A stretch of 64,000 bases of DNA from Geobacter sp. UBA5735 (GTDB lineage: Bacteria > Desulfobacterota > Desulfuromonadia > Geobacterales > Geobacteraceae). The stretch covers positions 749-64,748 of the forward strand of contig DIFZ01000024.1 of NCBI GenBank assembly GCA_002419385.1, read 5' to 3'. Below the pieces are notes generated by a model. It made no database searches, was not told where the DNA came from, and worked only from the letters and a program-made list of their open reading frames with translations. The translations under genes and the position numbers were made by a program. How positions within the stretch are numbered: position 1 is the stretch's first letter; each line of letters opens with the position of its first letter. Below, one piece after another: positions 53,636-63,308 of this stretch.

Positions 53636-56600
53636 TCAATGCTTCATTCCCGAGTATTTCAGTTTCCCCTTCTTCAGGTCATGCTTCTTCATCAGTACGA
53701 AAATTACCGGTGTCATGATCAGAACATGGATCGCCGACGAAATCATCCCGCCGATCATGGGCGCGGCAATGGGTTTCATCACGTCCGCGCCCGTTCCGCT
53801 GGACCACATGATGGGCACCAGGCCCAGGAGCGCCACCGCCACGGTCATGAGCTTGGGACGGAGCCTGAGCACGGCGCCCTCGAATGTGGCGTCATAGATG
53901 TCCTGCTCGGACACCGGCCCGGCAATCAGTTTTTTGTCCAACGCTTCATGAAGGTAGATGACCATGACAACCCCGGTCTCCACTGCCACGCCGTACAGGG
54001 CGATGAATCCCACCCAGACCGCAACGGAAATGTTGTAGTTCAGAAGCCAGACCAGGTAGACGCCGCCCACCAGGGCAAAGGGGACAGACAGCATGACCAT
54101 GCTCGCCTCCAGTGCTGAATGGAACGTGAAGAAGAGGAGGATGAAGATGATCAGGATACCCAGCGGAACCAGCAGTTGCAGGCGTTTCTTGGCCCGGATC
54201 TGGTTTTCCCACTGACCAGACCAGGCGACATAGTACCCGGCAGGCAGCTTCAGCTGCTTTTCCAGCACCTGCTTGGCATCGTTGACGAAGCCGCCCATGT
54301 CGCGGCCGCGCACGTTGAGGAATACCAGGGAGCGGAGCAGCCCTCCCTCGCTGCTGATCTCCGGAGCGCCGGTCGACACGCTGAGCTTCGTCACCTGCGA
54401 CAAGGGGATCTGCACGCCGTTCATGCCCGAGACGAGCATCTTCCGGATTTCGGGAATGTTGTCACGGTAGTCGCGCAGGTAACGGATGCGGATTGGGAAC
54501 CGGCCCCGTCCCTGGACAGCCGTGGTCACCGTTTCGCCTCCCAGGGCCGTTTCGATCACCTCCTGCACGTCTCCCACCTGGATGCCGTAACGGGCAGCGG
54601 CTTCCTTGTCCACGTCGATGTCGATGTAGTTGCCGCCGGTGACGCGCTCCGCCACCACGTCAGCAGCCCCCTTTACGGTCTTGAGAATACCCTCGGCCTG
54701 CACCGCCAGATCCTTGAGCGTGTTCAGGTCGCTGCCGAAAATCTTCACTCCCAGGTCGGTGCGGACACCGGTGGAAAGCATGTTGATACGGTTGATGATC
54801 GGCTGGGTCCAGCCGTTGCGCACCCCAGGGATCTGCAACTTGCCGTCCAACTCGGCCACAATGTCCCCCTTGGTGATGCCCGGCCGCCACTGGTCCTTCG
54901 GCTTGAGGATAATGATGGTCTCGAACATGGAGACCGGCGCCGGGTCGGTTGCGGTTTCGGCGCGGCCGACCTTGCCCAGGACATGCTCGACTTCGGGCAC
55001 GTTCTTGATGATCGCGTCCTGCACCTGAATCAGCCGTTTGGCTTCGGAGATGGACACGTTGGGCAGGGTGACCGGCATGTAGAGCAGCGAACCCTCGTCC
55101 AGGGGTGGCATGAACTCGCTGCCCATGGTGATGAACATGGGAATGGCAATGGCCAGTGCGATGATGTTCAGCGCTATGGTGGTCTTCTTCCATTTCAGTA
55201 CCCAGCGTATGACCGGGGAATAGAGCCTGATGAAAAACCCCGATAGGGGGTTCGAACTTTCCGGCGGCATCGTGCCCCGCATGAAGAAGTACATGAGCAC
55301 AGGCACCAGCGTAATGGCGATCACCGTCGAGCCCACCATGGCGAAGGTCTTGGTGAAGGCCAGGGGATGGAACAGCTTCCCTTCCTGCCCCTCAAGGAGG
55401 AAGACCGGCACGAAGGAAAGGATTATGATCGCAAGCGAGAAAAAAATGGCCCGCCCCACCTGCTTGGCGGATGAGATGATTACCTCCAGACGCTTTTCCT
55501 TCCGCTCCTCCGCAGGCAACTCGGAAAGGTGGCGGTAGCAGTTCTCCACCATGATGACCCCGGCGTCCACCAGCACCCCGATGGCGATGGCGATCCCGCC
55601 CAGGGACATGATGTTGGAGGTCACGCCCAAGAGCTTCATGGAGATGAAGGAAAACAGCACCGCGATGGGCAGTGTGAAAACGATGACCAGGGCACTCTGG
55701 AAGTGGAGGAGGAACAGAAGCACCACCAGGGAGACGATCACGGATTCCTCGGCGAGGGTCCGTTTCAGGGTGTCGATGGCGCGTTCGATCAGCTCGGAAC
55801 GGTCGTAGGAGGTCATGATCTTCACGCCGGGAGGAAGGCCCTTTTCGAGCGCCGCGATCTTTTCCTTCACCCGGTCGATGACGTCCTTGGCGTTTTCGCC
55901 GTAGCGCATGACGATGATGCCGCCCACCGCCTCGCCTTCGCCGTTCATGTCCAGGAGCCCCCGGCGGATGGCGCCGCCCAGCTGCACAGTCCCCAGGTTT
56001 TTCAGGTAAACCGGCGTGCCGCGCATATCTGCGCCGACAGCAATCTCCTCAAGGTCCTTGACGGACTTCACGTACCCCTGGCCGCGGATCAGGTACTCCG
56101 CATCGGCCTGTTCCATGAGCCTGCCGCCTACGTCCCTGTTGGACCTCCGCAGCGCCTCCATCACCTGGCCGACCTTGATATTGTAGGACCAGAGCTTCGC
56201 CGGGTCCAGGTCGACCTGGTACTCCCGAACGAAACCGCCTATGGAAGCGACCTCCGCAACGCCCGGAACGGTGTTCAGCTGGTAGCGCACGAACCAGTCC
56301 TGCAGGGTGCGCAGCTGCTCCAGGTCATACCCCTTGCCCTGGATGGTGTACCAGAACACGTGGCCGACGCCGGTGCCGTCCGGCCCCAGGGTCGGGCTCA
56401 CGCCCGTCGGGAGCAGGGATGCAGCGTAGTTGAGCCGTTCCAGGACGCGGGTCCGTGCCCAGTAGATATCCGCCCTGTCATCGAAGATGACGTAGATCAT
56501 GGAGAAGCCGAAGGCGCTGGAGTCGCGCACGGCCTTCACGCGGGGCAGCCCCTGCAGGTTGACCGCCAGGGGATAGGTTATCTGGTCCTCCACCACCTGC

Positions 56601-56773
56601 GGAGAACGGCCCGGATACTCGGTCAGAACGATCACCTGGTTGTCGGACAGGTCCGGGATCGCATCCACGGGTGTCCGGTAGACCGCCCAGATCCCCCAGG
56701 CGATGACCAGGGCGAACAGCGCCAGGATGATGGTACGGTTTTTCGCTGAATATTCGATGATGCGCTCTATCAT
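53636..56773 (-). CDS. CusA/CzcA-family heavy-metal efflux RND transporter
   Basis: Start set at MIERIIEYSAKNR. It is about 1045 aa with 12 TM topology. HME-RND blocks are present throughout. Confidence 0.9.
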   Translation of the reverse strand: MIERIIEYSAKNRTIILALFALVIAWGIWAVYRTPVDAIPDLSDNQVIVLTEYPGRSPQVVEDQITYPLAVNLQGLPRVKAVRDSSAFGFSMIYVIFDDRADIYWARTRVLERLNYAASLLPTGVSPTLGPDGTGVGHVFWYTIQGKGYDLEQLRTLQDWFVRYQLNTVPGVAEVASIGGFVREYQVDLDPAKLWSYNIKVGQVMEALRRSNRDVGGRLMEQADAEYLIRGQGYVKSVKDLEEIAVGADMRGTPVYLKNLGTVQLGGAIRRGLLDMNGEGEAVGGIIVMRYGENAKDVIDRVKEKIAALEKGLPPGVKIMTSYDRSELIERAIDTLKRTLAEESVIVSLVVLLFLLHFQSALVIVFTLPIAVLFSFISMKLLGVTSNIMSLGGIAIAIGVLVDAGVIMVENCYRHLSELPAEERKEKRLEVIISSAKQVGRAIFFSLAIIILSFVPVFLLEGQEGKLFHPLAFTKTFAMVGSTVIAITLVPVLMYFFMRGTMPPESSNPLSGFFIRLYSPVIRWVLKWKKTTIALNIIALAIAIPMFITMGSEFMPPLDEGSLLYMPVTLPNVSISEAKRLIQVQDAIIKNVPEVEHVLGKVGRAETATDPAPVSMFETIIILKPKDQWRPGITKGDIVAELDGKLQIPGVRNGWTQPIINRINMLSTGVRTDLGVKIFGSDLNTLKDLAVQAEGILKTVKGAADVVAERVTGGNYIDIDVDKEAAARYGIQVGDVQEVIETALGGETVTTAVQGRGRFPIRIRYLRDYRDNIPEIRKMLVSGMNGVQIPLSQVTKLSVSTGAPEISSEGGLLRSLVFLNVRGRDMGGFVNDAKQVLEKQLKLPAGYYVAWSGQWENQIRAKKRLQLLVPLGILIIFILLFFTFHSALEASMVMLSVPFALVGGVYLVWLLNYNISVAVWVGFIALYGVAVETGVVMVIYLHEALDKKLIAGPVSEQDIYDATFEGAVLRLRPKLMTVAVALLGLVPIMWSSGTGADVMKPIAAPMIGGMISSAIHVLIMTPVIFVLMKKHDLKKGKLKYSGMKH

Positions 56774-56873
56774 GATAACCCCGGGCACAAGGAAAAACCC
56801 TGACGATGTGCACCTTTTCAATATAAACTACTTTTACAAGGGAGACACGAACTTATCGGCGCTTTCATCTCGC

Positions 56874-56930
56874 GCCTGCTTGTCTTTCAGCCTTTCCCTG
56901 TGCCTCGTGCCCCGCGCCTTGTGCCTGCCG
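56874..56930 (-). repeat. intercistronic purine-rich (on mRNA) element, copy 1
   Basis: It starts right after the adaptor-gene stop. mRNA sense: CGGCAGGCACAAGGCGCGGGGCACGAGGCACAGGGAAAGGCUGAAAGACAAGCAGGC, with three GGCAC(A/G)(A/G)GG units. Confidence 0.6.
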
Positions 56931-58307
56931 TTATTCCATTTTCATGTCATCCATGCTCATGTCGTCTTTCTTCGGGGAAACCGGCGCCGCTCCGCCAACC
57001 GGCCTCTTCTTCGAAGACACCCCGCCGTGCCCGGCGTGCCCGCCGCCGGAAACGCCTTTGAGCTGGGCCTCGGAGTCGATCAGGTAGCCGCCCGACGCAG
57101 CGACCTTGTCGCCGCGCACCAGCCCCGAAAGTATCTGCAGCCGGTCGCCGACCCTGGCCCCCACCCGGACGTCGCGGGGCTCGAACATCCCCGGTTCGGT
57201 TTCCACCCAGGCCACCTTGTTCCTGCCCGTGTCCATCACGGCGGTAACCGGCACCACCAGCGCCTCGCCCAGCGACGCCTTCAGGGAGACATTGACGAAC
57301 ATATCAGGCTTGAGCCTCAGGCCGGGGTTGGCGATCTGGACGCGCACCTTGACCGTCCTGGTTTTCGGGTCGAGGAAGGGGTAGACGAACGAAACCTTGC
57401 CGGAGAAGGTCTTGCCCGGATAGGACTGGGAGAAAATCTCCGCTTTCTGGCCGATTTTTACGGAGGGGAAATCGGCCTCGTACACCTCGGCCTCCACCCA
57501 GACACTGGACAGGTCGGCTATGTTGAAGAGCGGATCCCCCACATTGACATATTGTCCCTGCAAAGCGATTTTCTCTATGACGACCCCGGACAGGGGTGTG
57601 TAGATGGAAAGGAGGATGGTGGGCTGGCCCGATCTCTCCAGTGCCCGTATCTGGGAATCCCTGACTCCCAGCAGCTTCAGCCGCTGGCGCGCCGACGACA
57701 CCAGTCCGTCGCCTCCCTGGGAAATGGCCTGGATCGGGGAGTCCCTGAACTGCTCGCGGCTTTTGAGGGCCAGGAGATATTCCTGCTGCGCAGAGACGAG
57801 ATCGGGGGAATAGACCTCGGCCACCGGTCTTCCCCGGGAAACATGGGCTCCGACAGTATCGACATACAACCTGTCGATGCGGCCCGCCACCCAGGCAGTC
57901 ACCCGAGCCTGCCGCGACTGGTCGTACTGGACGATGCCCACAGCGCTGATCTCCTTGTCAAGCAACGCGCTGTCCACTGTCACCGTGGCGACGTTGGCCA
58001 TGACCATCTGGCTCGGCGAGAGCGAGACATGCTCCGGCATTTCAGGCGACTGTTCTCCAGCCCGACCGGAACCGGCCTGTTTCACCGGCACCAGGGACAT
58101 GCCGCAGATGGGGCAGGCCCCCGGCTTGTCCTTCATGATGAAGGGGTGCATTGGGCAGGTGTACTGCGTCGCTCCCTGTGCCTCCTTCTCATCATGCCCA
58201 TGGCCGCCGGGATGGAAATGTCCGTACCACCAGAAACCGCCTCCGGCAGCAGCGATGAGGACCAGTGCAGCGGAAACGATAATCAATGTTTTTCTCGAAA
58301 ATTTCAT
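56931..58307 (-). CDS. efflux RND periplasmic adaptor (CusB/CzcB type) with N-terminal heavy-metal-binding CPMHP domain
   Basis: 458 aa. It has YTCPMHPFIMKDKPGACPICGMSL followed by an HlyD-like barrel-sandwich/beta-barrel region. Confidence 0.9.
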   Translation of the reverse strand: MKFSRKTLIIVSAALVLIAAAGGGFWWYGHFHPGGHGHDEKEAQGATQYTCPMHPFIMKDKPGACPICGMSLVPVKQAGSGRAGEQSPEMPEHVSLSPSQMVMANVATVTVDSALLDKEISAVGIVQYDQSRQARVTAWVAGRIDRLYVDTVGAHVSRGRPVAEVYSPDLVSAQQEYLLALKSREQFRDSPIQAISQGGDGLVSSARQRLKLLGVRDSQIRALERSGQPTILLSIYTPLSGVVIEKIALQGQYVNVGDPLFNIADLSSVWVEAEVYEADFPSVKIGQKAEIFSQSYPGKTFSGKVSFVYPFLDPKTRTVKVRVQIANPGLRLKPDMFVNVSLKASLGEALVVPVTAVMDTGRNKVAWVETEPGMFEPRDVRVGARVGDRLQILSGLVRGDKVAASGGYLIDSEAQLKGVSGGGHAGHGGVSSKKRPVGGAAPVSPKKDDMSMDDMKME

Positions 58308-58367
58308 GGCACTATCCTGACTATGCAGTTTTTTCTTCAGCCCTCTACCTTGTGCCCTTTGCCTTTT

Positions 58368-58425
58368 GCCCGCTTGCCTTTCAGCTTTTCTCTTGTGCCT
58401 TGCGCCCAGTGCCTTGTGCCTGCCT
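58368..58425 (-). repeat. intercistronic purine-rich element, copy 2
   Basis: It starts right after the outer-membrane-factor stop. By hand alignment, 48 of 58 columns are identical to copy 1. Confidence 0.6.
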
Positions 58426-59694
58426 TTACAATTCCTTCCCCACCAGCGCTTCCAGTTGCGCTTTCTTCATCTGGTAATCAGCGATGGAATCGAAATATTC
58501 CCGATCGTAGTTGAACAGGGTGACACTGCTGTCCAGCAGGGCCAGGAAGTCGATCCTGTTGACCCGGTAACCGATCGTCGCGGACTCAAGCGACTGCCGG
58601 GCCTGGGGCAGTATGCCGGTCCTGTAGAGGTCAGTCAGTTTCCGGCGCCGCTCCAGTTGGGCCAGGAGGTCCGCGATCCCCGCCCTTATGGTATTTCGCT
58701 GGATGTTCAGCTCCTCTACAGCCATCCTGACCTCGGCGTTGGACTCCGCAACCGCTGCCTGCCGTCGCGACCTCTGCACCGGCAGGTTGAAGGTGAGGCC
58801 CAGCGAATACATATCGGAACCGTCACTGCCCATGGCCGGGTCACGCTGCATGTACTCGAACGCCACGTTGAAGTCGGGGAGATACTCTTTCTTCGCCAGC
58901 TTCAGCCCGGCGTCCGCTTTTTCCACAAGAGCCCGGCTGCCTCTCAGCAAGGGGCTGTTGTCGTCGGCAATGGCGGCAAGCTCCTCCGCTGTTGCCGAAA
59001 AGGGTTGAATCTCGACATCCGCTATGCTGCCTACCGGTGTGCCGGCCGGCCTGTTCAGAAGAGCATTGAGGGCAGCTTCCTGCGATTTGCGCTGCTGCTC
59101 CAAGGTAATGCGCATATCCAGCAATTTGGATCGTTCCACCTGGGCCTTGAAGACGTCCTGTTGCAAACCCTGTCCGACAGCGTACTTGGTCTGGGCAAGA
59201 GTGATGAAATCATCGAATATCCTTATGCTCCGGTCCACTATGGCACGCGACCGGTCGACATAGAAAATCTGAAAAAATGATTCCTTGACCATGCGCGCCA
59301 GTTCCAGCTTGCGCTCTTCCAACGCCCATTTGTACGATTCCGCCTCTTTCTCCGCCACCTCGCCCTTCAGCACCCGTTTCCCCCAGAAAGGAATCTGCTG
59401 GCTTATGCCGATCACCTTCTGGGTCATGGAGTCCTTGCTGAAACTGAACGGCTCCCTGACCAGACCGTTCTGGATCTTCAGCATCAGCATCGGGTCTTCA
59501 AATGCCTGCGCCTGTTCGACCTTGTTCCGAAACATTTCCCAACGAGCCTGCGAAGCCTTCAGTTCAGGGTTGTTTTGGAGGGCGAGCGAAACCATACCTG
59601 CGAGATCCTCGAAGGACGGTGATTCAGCAGCCACTGGGGAATTCGTAAAGAAAGCCAACCCCGACACCATTACACCGACTAACCATTTTCTCAT
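58426..59694 (-). CDS. TolC-family outer-membrane efflux protein (CusC/CzcC type)
   Basis: 422 aa. It has a signal peptide and two OEP repeats. Confidence 0.85.
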   Translation of the reverse strand: MRKWLVGVMVSGLAFFTNSPVAAESPSFEDLAGMVSLALQNNPELKASQARWEMFRNKVEQAQAFEDPMLMLKIQNGLVREPFSFSKDSMTQKVIGISQQIPFWGKRVLKGEVAEKEAESYKWALEERKLELARMVKESFFQIFYVDRSRAIVDRSIRIFDDFITLAQTKYAVGQGLQQDVFKAQVERSKLLDMRITLEQQRKSQEAALNALLNRPAGTPVGSIADVEIQPFSATAEELAAIADDNSPLLRGSRALVEKADAGLKLAKKEYLPDFNVAFEYMQRDPAMGSDGSDMYSLGLTFNLPVQRSRRQAAVAESNAEVRMAVEELNIQRNTIRAGIADLLAQLERRRKLTDLYRTGILPQARQSLESATIGYRVNRIDFLALLDSSVTLFNYDREYFDSIADYQMKKAQLEALVGKEL

Positions 59695-60018
59695 AAGTCA
59701 CTCCCGAAACATCAGACAAGCTAAAAACGCACGCATCATGCCATGTCCACAACGTACTGATTCAACCTCACAAGCTGATTGAAACCTATTGAAAAGACTG
59801 GTTTCCGGCTTTGCGCCACCGCTAAAGCTCCGGCGACACGCGGTCGCCGGAATGACGGATTAACGTTGTATTGGACTTTTTGCGAGAGGATCAATGTTGT
59901 TTGTCAGTTGTTGATTTTACCACGATTTTTTGTTCTGTAATGTGGCGGTCATTCGTCAATCGCTGAATATTTTTTTCTTTTCGCATTATCCCCTGAGCAT
60001 CGAAAACAGCTTCAGCAT

Positions 60019-60074
60019 AAAAAAAACCCCTTTCCGGTGTGCGCAATGTGTGCGCAGTCCCGAAAAGGGGTTTT
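60019..60074 (-). terminator. intrinsic terminator after the tRNA
   Basis: Minus-strand RNA: AAACCCCUUUUCGGG...CCGGAAAGGGGUUUUUUUU. Confidence 0.7.
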
Positions 60075-60119
60075 CAGCTGCTCAGCCAAACAGTTGACGT
60101 GTTGGCCGTTATGGAAGAT

Positions 60120-60196
60120 TGGTGGCGGTGCAGGGACTTGAACCCCGGACACTGCGGATATGAGCCGCATGCTCTAACCGGCTGAGCTACACCGCC
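60120..60196 (-). tRNA. tRNA with CAT anticodon (elongator Met by default; lysidine-modified Ile2 not excluded)
   Basis: The reverse complement GGCGGTGTAGCTCAGCCGGTTAGAGCATGCGGCTCATATCCGCAGTGTCCGGGGTTCAAGTCCCTGCACCGCCACCA folds as a cloverleaf. It has a 7-bp acceptor stem, a GCTC/GAGC D-stem, a TGCGG/CCGCA anticodon stem, a CTCATAT loop, a TTCAAGT T-loop and an encoded CCA. It is not initiator-like: G1-C72 is paired and the anticodon stem has no GGG/CCC. Confidence 0.9.
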
Positions 60197-60505
60197 TTGA
60201 ACGATTACTTGAATACTGCACGGTAAAAAATGCCTCCATGGCAATACCAAAGAGGCGAGATTCTTCCTGAGGACACCGCCGGTTTCCAGGAATCAGCCTG
60301 CTGAGTTTTCTGTCGGAAACAGACAGCCTCACGTGCCCGTTTCTTATATAGCACAATTCTCCCGAAGTCAAGCGAAAAGGAGGAACAGCGTTGCGCAGTC
60401 CCCGCACCCGAGCCTGCCGTCGCGGCATGTCCGGGAGAGCTGCGTGCCGTGCGACACACTTACCGCAGCCTCACACACTTTTTCAACAACACGCCCGTTC
60501 TGCTG

Positions 60506-60796
60506 CTACCCGTCAACTGCCGGGGATTGCCCGGCATTCTCCCGGTCGATCCGGACATACTCCTCACCCCGCTTCTGGTGGCACTCCTCCGGGAGAAGCC
60601 CTGCTTCGGCCAGAGCACTCTCCACATCATGCCGGATCGCTTCGGCATAACGAATGGCAAGGCCGCAATCGGAACTGAGGACGCGGGGAGCCGGAATCAG
60701 GATAATTTCCAGCCGACGCTCTTTCAGAAGTTTTTCCGCCTTCATGACCCGGTGAATGCTATTGAAAACCGCGACCAGATCCCCATCGCGAACCAT
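60506..60796 (-). CDS. DUF3343-like small protein (putative S/Se carrier-like fold)
   Basis: Start set at MVRDGDLVAVFNSIHRVMKAEKLLKERRLEIILIPAPRVLSSDCGLAIRY, which matches the remembered DUF3343 pattern. AGAGGGG lies upstream. Confidence 0.6.
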   Translation of the reverse strand: MVRDGDLVAVFNSIHRVMKAEKLLKERRLEIILIPAPRVLSSDCGLAIRYAEAIRHDVESALAEAGLLPEECHQKRGEEYVRIDRENAGQSPAVDG

Positions 60797-61116
60797 GCAG
60801 CCCCTCTTTCCCCGGCAAATTACCCTTATTCTACACAGCGCGACCCAGCTTTTCAACAAGTATGAGCTTCCGAACATTCATGAGGGGAAATCACCCCACT
60901 ACCGCGATGTGGAAACCACCCCTCTCCCCCAGGATTGGCCTGATAACATGAAAACAACAATCTTTTCTTTTTTTGTTCTTATTATTTTGTTAAACTGTTT
61001 TTCATCGTTCACATTAATTTTCTGATATCTGCCCCAGTCGCACCGGGTTTTTCAATGGAATCCTTGCACACTGCTCATGGACCACAGGCGACCGGTACCG
61101 GCACAAGGAGAAATAA

Positions 61117-63297
61117 TTGGACACTGCACACTCCAGCAGAATCGATTCCGGGCAACTATCCGACATCATTCACGAGCTGAACATTTCCCGTAATCATGTT
61201 TCAGCATACCCGAAAGGACATCCGGTCATAGCATCATCCTGCGAAAGGCTGGCCCTGCGGTTCCGCCCATTGCTGGCTCTGCATGAAGAGATTGCAGTGG
61301 GTATTACTAAGGATTCGCTGATCGTTCAGGACTTCCCCGCGGGGCGCAACAGTTTCGCCTTGAAAGAGTTTGCCGCAACCCTTTTCCGTCATGGAGTAGC
61401 CGTAATCACATTCCGCCAGGGATTGACACCGGATGAAATCGTCAGATTCAACGAGGTGCTGCTGGAAAAACGCGAGCACATCCGGGAAAAGGGCGGAATC
61501 GAACAGGCTATCACACTGAGCGGAATACAAGGGATCAGAATTTCTCAAGTACGGTATGATGAATTTCAACTGACTGAGCAGGAAGCGCTCTCACCTCCGA
61601 CAAGATGGGATCCGGCATCATCCCCGTGGGACATCTTCGTGACCAGGCTTTTGACGCCGGTTGCCGATACGTGCAAAGATGTTGGCTGCGGAACCGATCC
61701 CGGAATTCTCGCGGAGAAGATAAACAAACTGTATGATACGTCTTCATTCAGGAAAGGCACACCCCTGTCCGCTTCCCTCGAAACATTCCTTGCCGAACTT
61801 GCCGCCGCCGATCTTTCTTTCGCAGCCCAAACGGATTTTTTCAGGAAAATCGGAGAATTCGCCGGGCATCTGCAACCGGAACTGCTGCACCAGTTCATCG
61901 TGACGGCAATCAAGGCATTCGGCACAAAACAGCGTGACTGTAGCGACGGCAGCCAATCCCCTCCAGATGAAAGTACCAGGCCGCAGACAAGGTATGACAT
62001 CATCGGCAACGCTGCCCTGCCGCCACTGGTCATGAACCTGGTCGACACCCTGGCAAAACATGCTGCGGCAGAAAGCGATCCGGCCAGCACTCCCATCATC
62101 AATCAGTCGGAACTGCGGGAACTGGCGCCGAAGCTTACGCTCCTGTTCCGGGAGGACAGAACCGATGATTTCGTGCCGCCGCAATACCTCAAAGCCTTGA
62201 GCATGATCGTCAACTCGGATTCTTTCCTGGAAGGAAACCGGGAAGACCTGCATGACCTGTCCGCTGCCCTGGACAATGACTGCCTCGATTATGCCGTGGG
62301 CGAAATAATCATTGAAATCGTGGATTCGGGAATGATCGAGAACCCGGATAAAATCAGGGAAACACTGCTCGAGATATTCAGGTATTGCCTTCAGACAGGG
62401 GATTACGCATCGCTGATCAAACTGATCGAGCGGACCGTGCAGCACGACAGATCGGCAACTGACAAGGCAGGGCACATCAGAAGCGAACTTATTGCCTTCT
62501 TCGAAAGTGACGACTTTGTCGAGGAAATCATAATCGGCCTCGACACGTGGGGAAAGGACAAATACCACGATATCGGCCTGATCATCCGCAAAGTCGGGAA
62601 AGCATTCATTGAGCCGCTGCTGGACAGGCTGGCGGATGAGCAGAACCTTTCACGGAGACGCTACTACCTTTCTCACCTTATCGAACTCGCACAAGAAGCG
62701 AAAGAGCCTGCCATCAGGAGACTCGGGGACTCGCGCTGGTATGTGCTGCGGAATCTGGTACAGATCCTGCGCAGATCCGGCGACGCCACTGTCATGCGGC
62801 ACCTGAAGAGGCTCGCCGACCACCCGCACCCCAAGGTCCGGCAGAATGTCCTTGAAACGCACCTCCATTTTAATTCTCCTGACAGCGTTCGTCTGCTGCT
62901 GCGGGAAATGAATGATTCTGATCCGGAAACGCGCATCAACGCGATCCAGCTTGCAGGCAAGAGCACCAGTCACGAAATAGTTTCCAGTCTCCTCTGTCTT
63001 CTGCAGCGCAGGAGGATTGCGCCAAGCCATCTGGCCGCCCGAAAAGCAGCCGTCGTGGCGCTGGCCGATATTGGAAACAGCACGGCCATTCCGGTGCTTG
63101 ATGCCATCATGTCAAAAAGAAAGAACCTGTTCCGACCCGGGCTTGTCCAACTGCAGGTCGACATCATTACTACACTTGACCGCTATCCTTGCCACGCCGC
63201 CCGTTTGCTCCTGGAGAAGACCGCCCGTTCCGGAAATGCAGTGCTTGCAAAAACAGCAACGGAAAAGCTTCAATCAATGGAGGGCAGAGGAGCGTGA
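61117..63297 (+). CDS. HEAT-repeat protein with an unknown N-terminal region
   Basis: 726 aa. It has a TTG start with AAGGAG 6 nt upstream. The C-terminal third has HEAT/PBS-lyase-like repeats (DSRWYVLRNLVQIL, HPHPKVRQNVLETH, DSDPETRINAIQLAG, ARKAAVVALADIG). Confidence 0.7.
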   Translation: MDTAHSSRIDSGQLSDIIHELNISRNHVSAYPKGHPVIASSCERLALRFRPLLALHEEIAVGITKDSLIVQDFPAGRNSFALKEFAATLFRHGVAVITFRQGLTPDEIVRFNEVLLEKREHIREKGGIEQAITLSGIQGIRISQVRYDEFQLTEQEALSPPTRWDPASSPWDIFVTRLLTPVADTCKDVGCGTDPGILAEKINKLYDTSSFRKGTPLSASLETFLAELAAADLSFAAQTDFFRKIGEFAGHLQPELLHQFIVTAIKAFGTKQRDCSDGSQSPPDESTRPQTRYDIIGNAALPPLVMNLVDTLAKHAAAESDPASTPIINQSELRELAPKLTLLFREDRTDDFVPPQYLKALSMIVNSDSFLEGNREDLHDLSAALDNDCLDYAVGEIIIEIVDSGMIENPDKIRETLLEIFRYCLQTGDYASLIKLIERTVQHDRSATDKAGHIRSELIAFFESDDFVEEIIIGLDTWGKDKYHDIGLIIRKVGKAFIEPLLDRLADEQNLSRRRYYLSHLIELAQEAKEPAIRRLGDSRWYVLRNLVQILRRSGDATVMRHLKRLADHPHPKVRQNVLETHLHFNSPDSVRLLLREMNDSDPETRINAIQLAGKSTSHEIVSSLLCLLQRRRIAPSHLAARKAAVVALADIGNSTAIPVLDAIMSKRKNLFRPGLVQLQVDIITTLDRYPCHAARLLLEKTARSGNAVLAKTATEKLQSMEGRGA

Positions 63298-63308
63298 TAT
63301 CGGACAGA

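Noticed and set aside
56874-58425. CRISPR-like or tandem-repeat interpretation of the GGCACAAGG units
   Set aside because: The units are only about 9 nt long, irregularly spaced, without spacers of constant length, and lie inside an operon. This is not a CRISPR array.
54119-58514. 375-, 406- and 603-aa plus-strand ORFs across the RND operon
   Set aside because: They are antisense to the CusA/CzcA-, CusB- and CusC-type genes. They are H/R/G/D-rich with no motifs. The 603-aa ORF runs straight through two intergenic regions.
60120-60196. Calling the CAT-anticodon tRNA as tRNA-Ile2 because tilS is nearby
   Set aside because: tilS is 7 kb away in an unrelated housekeeping block. I cannot score the identity elements that distinguish Ile2 from elongator Met by eye, so I kept it as Met(CAT) with a caveat.
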